38,070 nt of DNA, from positions 1 to 38,070 of IMG/VR virus record IMGVR_UViG_3300025751_000053; one strand, 5' to 3'. Made by a program: the position numbers and the translations under genes. The notes under the pieces were generated by a model, which did not search any database, was not told the DNA's origin, and saw only the letters and a list, made by a program, of their open reading frames with translations. Positions 28,100 to 35,965 of the stretch are shown one piece after another. Position 1 is the stretch's first letter; every line of letters begins with the position of its first letter. The DNA comes from a virus. Its lineage: Duplodnaviria > Caudoviricetes.

Positions 28100-28938
28100 A
28101 GGTACGTCCCCGCTCCGGTCATATATGTTTCGTTATCATTGGTGTTTGGCTTATCTACTTCCCGCCTCTCGAACAAATCTTCGCAGTGCACATACTTGAG
28201 CATGTCATCAAGTATGTTTGTTACGTCTTTGGGTAGTATTGATAACTCTCGGTTCAGCCAATCCCCTCTCCATCTACAGGCCCGTCGCAGCAGGTGCTCC
28301 GCTGCCTCCACCCGAGCATCCTCGTCACCGGTTACCTTGTGATACAGCCAGTACGCGGTCTGTTGGCCCTTGTATTCTTCGTACTGCGCAGGGTCTACCA
28401 GTTTGGCTAGTGCTAGCACGTACTTGGTGAATGGTTCGATCTCCTTGCGGCGCATCCCCATCGGGGCACGCTTCAGGTAGTACGCGTACATCTTGGGCGG
28501 GTCGATGAAGTCAAAGCCCATGTCTTTGTCATACTTAAGCTTGAGTACCTCACCATCCCCAACCACCACGGTTTTGCTGCGTACAGTGGCGGTAGTCTGG
28601 GTCTTGTGGCTACTGAAGTAGCACCCGTATCTATCCCATCTGTTCAGCAGGGCCGTAGCAAACTGGTGCGTTGAGTTTGTAGCGTAACCGCCGTTTGTGA
28701 AGTGAATCTCCCCGTCAGGCAGGTAGGTCAGCACGTTGGTGTCATACAGCCTGCAAGCGATGGTGTTGTCACGGTGCTTGATGATCTGCATGTGCTGCCT
28801 GCGTCTGCCGTTGGGGGTGTTGATGATCGGGCGTAGCCAGTCCTTCCCCCTGATAGGCTTGATTGATTCATAGTGCTCTAGCGCGTCCTGATAGGTGCGT
28901 AGGGCGGGCATTTCATAAAGATTTGTATTTCCGTACAT
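28096..28938 (-). CDS. Hypothetical early protein (about 280 aa)
   Basis: True start ATG 28938 after AAGGAGAAAGAGA. Confidence 0.75.
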   Translation of the reverse strand: MYGNTNLYEMPALRTYQDALEHYESIKPIRGKDWLRPIINTPNGRRRQHMQIIKHRDNTIACRLYDTNVLTYLPDGEIHFTNGGYATNSTHQFATALLNRWDRYGCYFSSHKTQTTATVRSKTVVVGDGEVLKLKYDKDMGFDFIDPPKMYAYYLKRAPMGMRRKEIEPFTKYVLALAKLVDPAQYEEYKGQQTAYWLYHKVTGDEDARVEAAEHLLRRACRWRGDWLNRELSILPKDVTNILDDMLKYVHCEDLFERREVDKPNTNDNETYMTGAGTYL

Positions 28939-28951
28939 TCTCTTTCTCCTT

Positions 28952-28971
28952 AACATTGAATATTCAATGTT
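28952..28971. repeat. 20-bp palindrome, copy 5
   Basis: Perfect copy between stop 28971 and the SD of 28938. Confidence 0.95.
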
Positions 28972-29219
28972 CATTTCTCGTTGGTTTGTGGTTTGTCTGG
29001 CAGCTCTTGCTGCTGTTCCTGTTGCCCCTGCTCACATACCCATCGCCTGAGTACAGCCGGGTCGTAGTCTGCTAGCAGGTCGGCTAGCGTTATTTTCTCT
29101 ACCACAGGGACGTGGGCAGTTAGCTCCCAATCCTGCTTAGCTTGCTCGCCCCAGTCCTGCCACGCCTCAAGCGTGGGCTTCTCGTAGGGTTCCTTACTTG
29201 GTTTTTTTGGCTTACCCAT
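28971..29219 (-). CDS. Hypothetical protein (about 82 aa)
   Basis: GGAGG SD before ATG 29219 (MGKPKKPS...). Confidence 0.55.
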   Translation of the reverse strand: MGKPKKPSKEPYEKPTLEAWQDWGEQAKQDWELTAHVPVVEKITLADLLADYDPAVLRRWVCEQGQQEQQQELPDKPQTNEK

Positions 29220-29221
29220 TG

Positions 29222-29419
29222 TTACCCCTCCAGAATCAGCATCAATGTAGCTACTGACCAAAAGAATAACGCTACGCCTGCGGCAGTAGTCACAAAGCCC
29301 AATACCTGTAGCGGGCGCACCCACCACGGTCTCTTGCCCTCCCATGTGTACCTGTTGTGCGGGTCGTGTATGTTTGGTGTCTTGTAGCACTCGCCCACGG
29401 CGTGATTACTTTTCTTCAT
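29222..29419 (-). CDS. Small single-pass membrane protein
   Basis: AAGGAG SD; C-terminal hydrophobic segment VLGFVTTAAGVALFFWSVATLMLIL. Confidence 0.65.
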   Translation of the reverse strand: MKKSNHAVGECYKTPNIHDPHNRYTWEGKRPWWVRPLQVLGFVTTAAGVALFFWSVATLMLILEG

Positions 29420-29439
29420 TGTTATGCTCCTTCAACCTA

Positions 29440-29475
29440 GTTGTTCTTAAGTTGTGCGTTGTTCTTAAGTTGTAC
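29440..29475. repeat. 18-bp tandem duplication
   Basis: GTTGTTCTTAAGTTGTGC / GTTGTTCTTAAGTTGTAC. Confidence 0.85.
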
Positions 29476-29668
29476 GTTTAGGGTTTGTTTGCTTGAGCGT
29501 AGCCGGGTCGGTTATCAACTGGTACGCGCCCTTGTTGTACTCCTGAGCGACGCACCAGCCCATGCGTGCATCACTGGCTGCGGATTCACCGCACACTAGG
29601 CATGTTCGGATACCTAGACTGGCGCGAGCCGGTGAGTATGGTTTGTTACATCGAATGCAGTTAGCCAT
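29465..29668 (-). CDS. C4 zinc-finger protein (DksA/TraR-like finger)
   Basis: CIRC-NKPYSPARASLGIRT-CLVC; AAGGAG SD. Confidence 0.6.
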   Translation of the reverse strand: MANCIRCNKPYSPARASLGIRTCLVCGESAASDARMGWCVAQEYNKGAYQLITDPATLKQTNPKRTT

Positions 29669-29686
29669 GTCGTTCTCCTTCGGTTG

Positions 29687-29706
29687 AACATTGAATATTC
29701 AATGTT
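29687..29706. repeat. 20-bp palindrome, copy 6
   Basis: Perfect copy in the 5' leader of 29668. Confidence 0.95.
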
Positions 29707-29724
29707 GGTTTGAGTCAGTTGTAA

Positions 29725-30205
29725 TGTTACACACAACAGGCGAATTCCCATTGTGTAAGTATATTGTATCACAATTTAATAACACTGTCAAGTATGGTAC
29801 ATTCCTTTGTTACATTGTTATAAAAATAGGGTCTAATGTTATGTGGGACGTAACAATAGGTTTTTTTCTGGAGCGCCCAGAAACAGCGGGGTGTAGAGGT
29901 GTAGTTGTATGTATTGTTATATTGTTATGAGATTTAGAGAAATATATACCCTTTTAGCGTTTATTTTAATCAGCCTGTTCACTGCAATAAGGGGGGAAAA
30001 GAAGAGAAGAAATATACGTATGTCCTTTTTTCCGCATAACATTACACAAAAGGCTCTTTCTGTAGCTAGATCAACAGCTTAGCGCGTAACATTAAACATA
30101 ACATTAGGATTAAAACGTAACAATACAATGTTACGTCTGGTACAGCAGCTAGAGCAACTATCATCTGTACCTACTATCATAGGTACTATCACTACTGTCA
30201 TAACA
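29725..30205. repeat. TGTTAY/RTAACA iteron-like field, candidate replication origin
   Basis: About 13 hexamer copies in AT-rich non-coding DNA. Confidence 0.5.
29763..29791 (-). promoter_or_regulatory. Strong sigma70-type early promoter
   Basis: TTGACA-17 nt-TACAAT with extended -10 TG; near-duplicate of 27893-27922. Confidence 0.8.
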
Positions 30206-30223
30206 AAAGCTTTTCTCCGGGCG

Positions 30224-30248
30224 AAAAAAAGCCCACCGAAGTGGGCTT
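30224..30248 (-). terminator. Rho-independent terminator with UUCG tetraloop
   Basis: Minus strand AAGCCCAC-TTCG-GTGGGC-TTTTTTT. Confidence 0.9.
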
Positions 30249-30254
30249 AGATTC

Positions 30255-30274
30255 AACATTGAATATTCAATGTT
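30255..30274. repeat. 20-bp palindrome, copy 7
   Basis: Perfect copy between stop 30274 and the terminator. Confidence 0.95.
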
Positions 30275-30777
30275 TAGACTTCGTTCATGTCGAGGCCAGC
30301 AAGCTTGCAAGCATCCTTCAGTAGATCAATCTCCCCCTGCGTTGCCTGAGACTCTGGCTCGCTGGCTTTGTTATACGCGAGGCGCAGGTAGTTTAGATAC
30401 AATTCGCGCTCAGATTTCTTGGCTTTTTCTTTTTTTGCCTTTTCATCTGCTACGCGATGCGTTGAAAGGCGCTTCAGGTAATCCCAACGGTTGTTGAATG
30501 CTATGTCATCGGCGCCCGGTACAGTTGCGAGATACGCGGCTTTACACTCGTCGCGCTCAGCGCGTATAACCTTAGCTTCGTCTTTTGAGAGCTTGCTATT
30601 TGCTTTCTGATCAAACTTACCATCGGCGCGCATTGTCCAATTGAAAGCAAACGCGTGATCCATTGCGGCGGCATATTCAGCGGCGGACTTCGCGCCCCCA
30701 GCTTCACCTTCGATGAATGATCCGCGTGCAACTGATAACGCGATGGGCTTAACTTTTGTATTTACTGTTTTTGGCAT
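30274..30777 (-). CDS. Monocistronic hypothetical protein (167 aa, Ala/Lys-rich)
   Basis: AGGAG SD and ATG 30777; has its own promoter and terminator. Confidence 0.75.
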   Translation of the reverse strand: MPKTVNTKVKPIALSVARGSFIEGEAGGAKSAAEYAAAMDHAFAFNWTMRADGKFDQKANSKLSKDEAKVIRAERDECKAAYLATVPGADDIAFNNRWDYLKRLSTHRVADEKAKKEKAKKSERELYLNYLRLAYNKASEPESQATQGEIDLLKDACKLAGLDMNEV

Positions 30778-30794
30778 GGTTCTTACTCCTGTTG

Positions 30795-30814
30795 AACATT
30801 GAATATTCAATGTT
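30795..30814. repeat. 20-bp palindrome, copy 8
   Basis: Perfect copy immediately 5' of the SD of 30777. Confidence 0.95.
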
Positions 30815-30852
30815 GATTTATGGTGTTGGGCCTGTCCCTCAACCGTGTATAT

Positions 30853-30880
30853 ATAATAGCAAATTGTATTACATAATCAA
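30853..30880 (-). promoter_or_regulatory. Putative early promoter
   Basis: TTGATT-16 nt-TATTAT with extended -10 TG. Confidence 0.55.
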
Positions 30881-30893
30881 GCAGGGTATATCG

Positions 30894-31110
30894 ACCCCAC
30901 CCCTCCCCCACCCCCCGCGCACAGCATTTGGTACCATAGCTTGCATATACATAATAATATGCACAACAGACCCCACACTTTGACAAACCCAAAACAACAA
31001 CTCTAATAAAATCAATGACTTACCTTGGTCGCAAGACGTACCCCACCCCCTCTTTTTCTGTATACGCGCACCTCGCACCCCACCCCCCTCAATATAGGAA
31101 ACACCCCCCT
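30894..31110. repeat. ACCCCACCCC-type C-tract repeats including a G-quadruplex motif on the minus strand
   Basis: 30895-30916 is C4-A-C4-T-C5-A-C6; ACCCCACCCCCTC at 31040 and ACCCCACCCCCCTC at 31077. Confidence 0.75.
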
Positions 31111-31280
31111 TGATGGTACCTACGAGTTTGAAAAGGATTGAAATACCGAGTTTGAATCCGGCTGGTAAATTAATATGGCGTAAGTCTTTGATTTACATAG
31201 GCACCGCTGGGGGTACCTCTACCGAAAATACCCAAAAAAGGTATGCTTTTGATTTCTGCAACACTTAGGACACTTCCCTC

Positions 31281-31330
31281 TTTCCAACCTTTTTCAACCT
31301 TTTCCAACCTTTCCCACTCTTTTCCCTACT
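31281..31330 (+). repeat. Five degenerate 10-bp tandem repeats (TTTCCAACCT)
   Basis: tttccaacct ttttcaacct tttccaacct ttcccactct tttccctact. Confidence 0.8.
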
Positions 31331-31331
31331 G

Positions 31332-31359
31332 TTGTCAGTACGTAACTATATGTTAGACT
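31332..31359 (+). promoter_or_regulatory. Putative promoter of the packaging/head operon
   Basis: TTGTCA-16 nt-TAGACT with extended -10 TG. Confidence 0.4.
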
Positions 31360-31390
31360 TCGCAAAACCCGGTATTTCGGATACCTGCGA

Positions 31391-32026
31391 ATGGCTGTTG
31401 TACAAGTGGAACCTACCAAGGACCACCCTATCCCCTATGACTTGTCAGAGGAGAAACCCGCGACCCTAATCGATGAGATAGCAGTGGCGGGCAATACAGC
31501 AGAATTGCAGGTAGAAATGGGCGCACGCTTGGAAGTTTCCGAGGGAGATGCTGCCCGAGAAAAAGAATTGCTACAGGCAGTTGCCACAGCGCAAAAGCCT
31601 GCCAACCTTACAAATCAGACCACGGCATTTGCTGCGGCTGCATTTCTACGTACATATGGTGCCCAGCTTGCTATGGATGTAGCGCAGTCGCGGTCTGCCA
31701 TTACGCACAAATTGATGGAAATTGCTAACTGTGGCGACCCAAGGTACGAGTTGAAAGCACTTGAACTGCTGGGTAAACATAGCGACATAGGGCTATTTAC
31801 TGAACGCAGCGAAATAACCATAAACTACAAGAATCCAGAAGAACTGGAAAAAGCGATTAAGGAAAAGGTGAAAAACCTCCTTAATGCTACTGTAGTAGAC
31901 ATAACACCAGCAGGAGGAGCCTCCGAAGAAGAGCTAGACGATGTGCTAGGTGTAGTCGATCTGGACGCTGAAAAAGATGAAGATGATGACGAAGAATTAA
32001 ATGACGAACGTGACATCTCCATTTGA
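31391..32026 (+). CDS. Probable terminase small subunit
   Basis: Directly upstream of and overlapping TerL; ELKALELLGKHSDIGLF motif typical of TerS C-terminal helices. Confidence 0.6.
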   Translation: MAVVQVEPTKDHPIPYDLSEEKPATLIDEIAVAGNTAELQVEMGARLEVSEGDAAREKELLQAVATAQKPANLTNQTTAFAAAAFLRTYGAQLAMDVAQSRSAITHKLMEIANCGDPRYELKALELLGKHSDIGLFTERSEITINYKNPEELEKAIKEKVKNLLNATVVDITPAGGASEEELDDVLGVVDLDAEKDEDDDEELNDERDISI

Positions 32027-33536
32027 TGACATATCCCTTCAGGATATACCGAAGGTATTGCCACTGCTGTCACAGGCAGAACAAGAACGGGTACTAGCAG
32101 AACTTGAGCAGTTAGCGAAACTCAAAAAGCAGAAGAAGGCACAGACTAGGTTCTTAGATTTTACTAGGCAGATGTGGCCTACGTTTATTAGCGGGAAGCA
32201 CCATGCGAGGATGGCTGAAGCATTTGAACGAGTGGCTCGGGGCGAGTGTAAACGTCTTATTGTTAATATGCCCCCTCGTCATACTAAGTCTGAGTTTGCT
32301 AGTTATCTTCTCCCTGCTTGGTTTTTGGGACAGTTTCCTCATAAAAAGATCATCCAAACGTCGCACACAGCAGAACTTGCGGTTGGCTTCGGTAGAAAGG
32401 TAAGAAACTTAGTCGATCAGGACGCATATCACGAGATATTTCCTAATCTGGTATTGTCTGCGGATAGCAAGGCCGCAGGGCGATGGAACACAAGTAAGGG
32501 TGGAGACTACTTTGCAATAGGTGTAGGCGGTGCGGTTACTGGTAAAGGTGCGGATTTGCTCATTATTGACGACCCGCACTCGGAACAAGAGGCAGCATTA
32601 GCTGAAATAAACCCGGACATCTACGATAAGACCTACGAGTGGTATACATCCGGGCCAAGGCAGCGTCTACAACCGGGCGGAGCCATCGTTATTGTTATGA
32701 CACGGTGGTCGTTGCGTGATTTGACGGCTCGTGTACTCAAAGCCAGTGCCCAAAGGGGCGGCGATGAGTGGGAGGTGATTGAATTTCCGGCATTAATGCC
32801 GAGCGGGAACCCTCTGTGGCCTGAATTTTGGTCAAAAAAGGAGCTTGCAGCCCTAAAAGAGGAACTTCCTAACGCAAAATGGATGGCTCAGTACCAACAA
32901 GAGCCAACATCCGAGACATCTGCCATCGTGAAGCGCGAATGGTGGAGAACTTGGGAGGAAGAACAGCCGCCAGCGTGTGATTTCCTGCTAATGGCGTGGG
33001 ATACGGCGTTTGAAAAGACAAATCGGGCTGACTATTCGGCCTGTACGACGTGGGGTGTGTTCTATGCGCCCGATGAGAACGGAGTTGAGCAAGCAAATAT
33101 TATTCTGCTCAATGCGTTCAGGGACAGGATGGAGTTTCCTACGCTGAAACGCGTAGCAATAGAACAATACGAGGAGTGGGAGCCGGACTCGCTCATTGTA
33201 GAAAAGAAAGCTTCCGGGGCACCGCTGATATACGAGATGCGGGCGATGGGTATACCAGTGCAGGAGTTTACTCCTACCAAGGGTAACGACAAGATTACGA
33301 GATTGAACGCAGTTTCTGACTTGTTTGCCTCGGGTATGGTGTGGGCACCCAACAGAAGCTGGGCGGAAGAGGTTATTGATGAGGTCGCAGCATTCCCAGC
33401 AGGGGAGCATGACGACTACGTGGACTCCGTGTCATTGGCGTTGATGCGGTACAGGAAAGGCGGATTCGTAAGGTTGCCCTCAGATGAAGAAGACGAGATG
33501 CAATACTTTAAGCAACGTAGAGGCGGGTACTACTGA
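32001..33536 (+). CDS. terL: Terminase large subunit
   Basis: RLIVNMPPRHTKS (Walker A), LLIIDDP (Walker B), VMTRW, AWDTA nuclease motif, HDDYVDS. Confidence 0.95.
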   Translation: MTNVTSPFDDISLQDIPKVLPLLSQAEQERVLAELEQLAKLKKQKKAQTRFLDFTRQMWPTFISGKHHARMAEAFERVARGECKRLIVNMPPRHTKSEFASYLLPAWFLGQFPHKKIIQTSHTAELAVGFGRKVRNLVDQDAYHEIFPNLVLSADSKAAGRWNTSKGGDYFAIGVGGAVTGKGADLLIIDDPHSEQEAALAEINPDIYDKTYEWYTSGPRQRLQPGGAIVIVMTRWSLRDLTARVLKASAQRGGDEWEVIEFPALMPSGNPLWPEFWSKKELAALKEELPNAKWMAQYQQEPTSETSAIVKREWWRTWEEEQPPACDFLLMAWDTAFEKTNRADYSACTTWGVFYAPDENGVEQANIILLNAFRDRMEFPTLKRVAIEQYEEWEPDSLIVEKKASGAPLIYEMRAMGIPVQEFTPTKGNDKITRLNAVSDLFASGMVWAPNRSWAEEVIDEVAAFPAGEHDDYVDSVSLALMRYRKGGFVRLPSDEEDEMQYFKQRRGGYY

Positions 33537-35962
33537 TGGCTATTGAGAAAGGTTTATATCAAACCCCAGAAGGTCTGGCGGTTGAAGAAGAAGCACAAAT
33601 GGAAATCGATATTGTTAATCCTGAGATGGTGACAATGGACGATGGTAGCGTTGAGATTACTCTAGTACCTGAAGCAGGTATGGAAGAAGCGGCTGGTGCG
33701 CCGTTTGACGCTAACCTTGCAGAGTATTTAGAAGATGGACAGTTGACAGAGATCGCCTCAGAGCTTATAGATTATGTCGAGACCGACACATCTAGCCGTA
33801 AAGAGTGGGCAGATACCTTTGTTAAAGGGCTAGATGTGCTCGGTTTCAAATACGAAGAGCGTGTCGAGCCTTGGGAAGATGCCTGCGGTGTCTATTCCAA
33901 TGTCCTAGCCGAAGCCGCTATCCGCTTCCAAGCTGAAGCGATGAGTGAAACTTTCCCCGCCGCTGGCCCTGTCAAGACCAAGGTACTTGGAGAGATAACC
34001 AAGGAGAAGGAAGACGCCGCCCTCCGAGTCAAGACGGACATGAACTACGAACTTACCGATGTCATGGTCGAATACCGTCCTGAACACGAAAGGTTACTCT
34101 ACTCCCTTGGTCTTGCAGGGTCTGCGTTTAAGAAAGTCTACTTTGATCCCAACCTTGGCAGACAGGTTGCTATGTATATCCCTGCCGAGGACATGATTGT
34201 CCCCTATGGCGCGTCAAACATAGAGACAGCCGAGCGTGTTACTCACGTAATGCGTAAAACCAAGAACGATCTCGTTAAATTGCAGGTTGCAGGCTTCTAT
34301 AGAGAAGTTGAACTAGGCGATCCTACCTCTTATCACACCGATATAGAGGAGAAAAAAGCAGAGGAAGGGGGGTACACCCTCAACGACGATGACCGTTATA
34401 CGCTCTTAGAAGTCCATGCAGACCTCATATTAGACGATGTTGACCAAGAAGAAGGCCCACTTCAGGTAGCAAAACCCTACATTGTTACGATAGAGCAGGG
34501 CACCAGCACTGTTTTGTCTATCCGCCGTAACTGGAACCCTGATGATCCGTTGATGCTTAAGCGTCAACATTTTGTCCACTACTCTTATGTACCGGGTTTT
34601 GGCTTCTATGGTCTTGGTTTAATTCACATTATTGGTGGTTATGCTAGGGCTGGCACTTCTCTTATACGTCAACTAGTTGACGCGGGTACTTTGTCTAACC
34701 TACCGGGGGGCTTGAAGTCCCGTGGGCTGCGGGTTAAGGGCGATGACACCCCAATTGGCCCCGGCGAGTTTCGCGATGTAGACGTGCCTAGTGGCAGTAT
34801 AAAAGACAATTTAATGACGCTCCCCTACAAGGAGCCGAGTCAGACACTTCTTGCATTACTCAAGCAGATTACTGAAGAAGGCCGACGTTTAGGCGCGATC
34901 AGTGATATGAACATTTCTGACATGAGCGCCAACGCGCCTGTCGGAACAACTCTTGCTCTGTTGGAGCGCACTCTCAAGCCAATGGCTGCGGTTCAAGCCC
35001 GTGTCCACTACTCGATGAAACAGGAGTTCAAACTTCTGCGAGGCATCATCGCTGAGTATGCGCCCGATGAGTATATGTACATGCCTGACCGTGGAGAACC
35101 CCGTGCCCGCCGCATGGACTACGACATGGTGGAAGTAATTCCTGTCAGTGATCCCAACAACAGTACGATGGCGCAACGAGTTGTGCAGTATCAGACTGTG
35201 TTGCAGATGGCACAGGCTACCCCACAGATATACGACCTGCCCCAGCTACACCGGCAGATGATCGAGGTTCTGGGCATTAAGAACGCAGATAAGCTTGTAC
35301 CTACTAAAGATGATATTAAACCGTCTGACCCAGTTAGTGAAAACATGTCTGTGTTAGTGGGTAAACCAGTAAAAGCCTTTATATATCAAGACCATGACGC
35401 GCACATTGCTACACACCAAGCATTCCTCCAAGACCCGCAGATTGCGGCGTTTATTGGGCAGAACCCCGCTGCACGGCAGGTGGTGGCCGCACTTCAAGCG
35501 CACATAGCAGAACACATAGCGTTTAGTTATAGACAGCAGATGGAAGCAAAAGTCGGAGTCCCACTACCTGCACCAGATGCGGAGATTCCAGAAGAAACTG
35601 AGGTGGAGTTGGCGAGCCTACTGGCACAAGCCGGGCAGCAGCTTACACAACAGAAGCAACAAGCCGCTGCACAACAAGCTGCACAACAGAAGGCTCAAGA
35701 CCCGATTATTCAAATGCAGCAGCAAGAATTGCAGCTTAAAGCCGCTGAACAGCAGCGTAAAGCTCAGAAAGATCAGGCAGATGCGGCACTTGACGCTGCA
35801 AAACTCCAGCTTGATAAACAGAAAGCAGACAACACCGCCACTATTGAGGCTGCACGGGTTGCTGCTCAGACAGATCAAGCTAACGCAAGACAAGACTTGG
35901 ATGAGGCCAAAGCCATATTAGACCTCGCCAAAGCGCAACAAACGCCTCCTAGGAGACAATAA
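33536..35962 (+). CDS. Portal protein (P22-like, long Gln-rich C-terminal barrel)
   Basis: Follows TerL; GSAFKKVYFD, GFYGLGL motifs; Q/A-rich C-terminal coiled coil. Confidence 0.85.
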   Translation: MAIEKGLYQTPEGLAVEEEAQMEIDIVNPEMVTMDDGSVEITLVPEAGMEEAAGAPFDANLAEYLEDGQLTEIASELIDYVETDTSSRKEWADTFVKGLDVLGFKYEERVEPWEDACGVYSNVLAEAAIRFQAEAMSETFPAAGPVKTKVLGEITKEKEDAALRVKTDMNYELTDVMVEYRPEHERLLYSLGLAGSAFKKVYFDPNLGRQVAMYIPAEDMIVPYGASNIETAERVTHVMRKTKNDLVKLQVAGFYREVELGDPTSYHTDIEEKKAEEGGYTLNDDDRYTLLEVHADLILDDVDQEEGPLQVAKPYIVTIEQGTSTVLSIRRNWNPDDPLMLKRQHFVHYSYVPGFGFYGLGLIHIIGGYARAGTSLIRQLVDAGTLSNLPGGLKSRGLRVKGDDTPIGPGEFRDVDVPSGSIKDNLMTLPYKEPSQTLLALLKQITEEGRRLGAISDMNISDMSANAPVGTTLALLERTLKPMAAVQARVHYSMKQEFKLLRGIIAEYAPDEYMYMPDRGEPRARRMDYDMVEVIPVSDPNNSTMAQRVVQYQTVLQMAQATPQIYDLPQLHRQMIEVLGIKNADKLVPTKDDIKPSDPVSENMSVLVGKPVKAFIYQDHDAHIATHQAFLQDPQIAAFIGQNPAARQVVAALQAHIAEHIAFSYRQQMEAKVGVPLPAPDAEIPEETEVELASLLAQAGQQLTQQKQQAAAQQAAQQKAQDPIIQMQQQELQLKAAEQQRKAQKDQADAALDAAKLQLDKQKADNTATIEAARVAAQTDQANARQDLDEAKAILDLAKAQQTPPRRQ

Positions 35963-35965
35963 ATA

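Noticed and set aside
10307-29387. Plus-strand ORFs within the replication and early regions
   Set aside because: Fully overlap well-supported minus-strand genes; no recognisable motifs.
26767-30810. ORF-track N-termini MNIQC.../MNIEYSM... (27852, 28974, 30810, 29691)
   Set aside because: Artefacts of translating through the palindrome; SD-supported starts are 27816, 28938 and 30777.
23327-30814. Palindrome array as a CRISPR array
   Set aside because: Copies are 0.5-2.2 kb apart and separated by whole genes, not 30-40 bp spacers; no cas operon.
29691-31078. Short ORFs 29691-29930, 30756-30983, 30807-30992 and 30869-31078
   Set aside because: They run through promoter, repeat and C-tract DNA and lack SD sequences; more plausibly non-coding.
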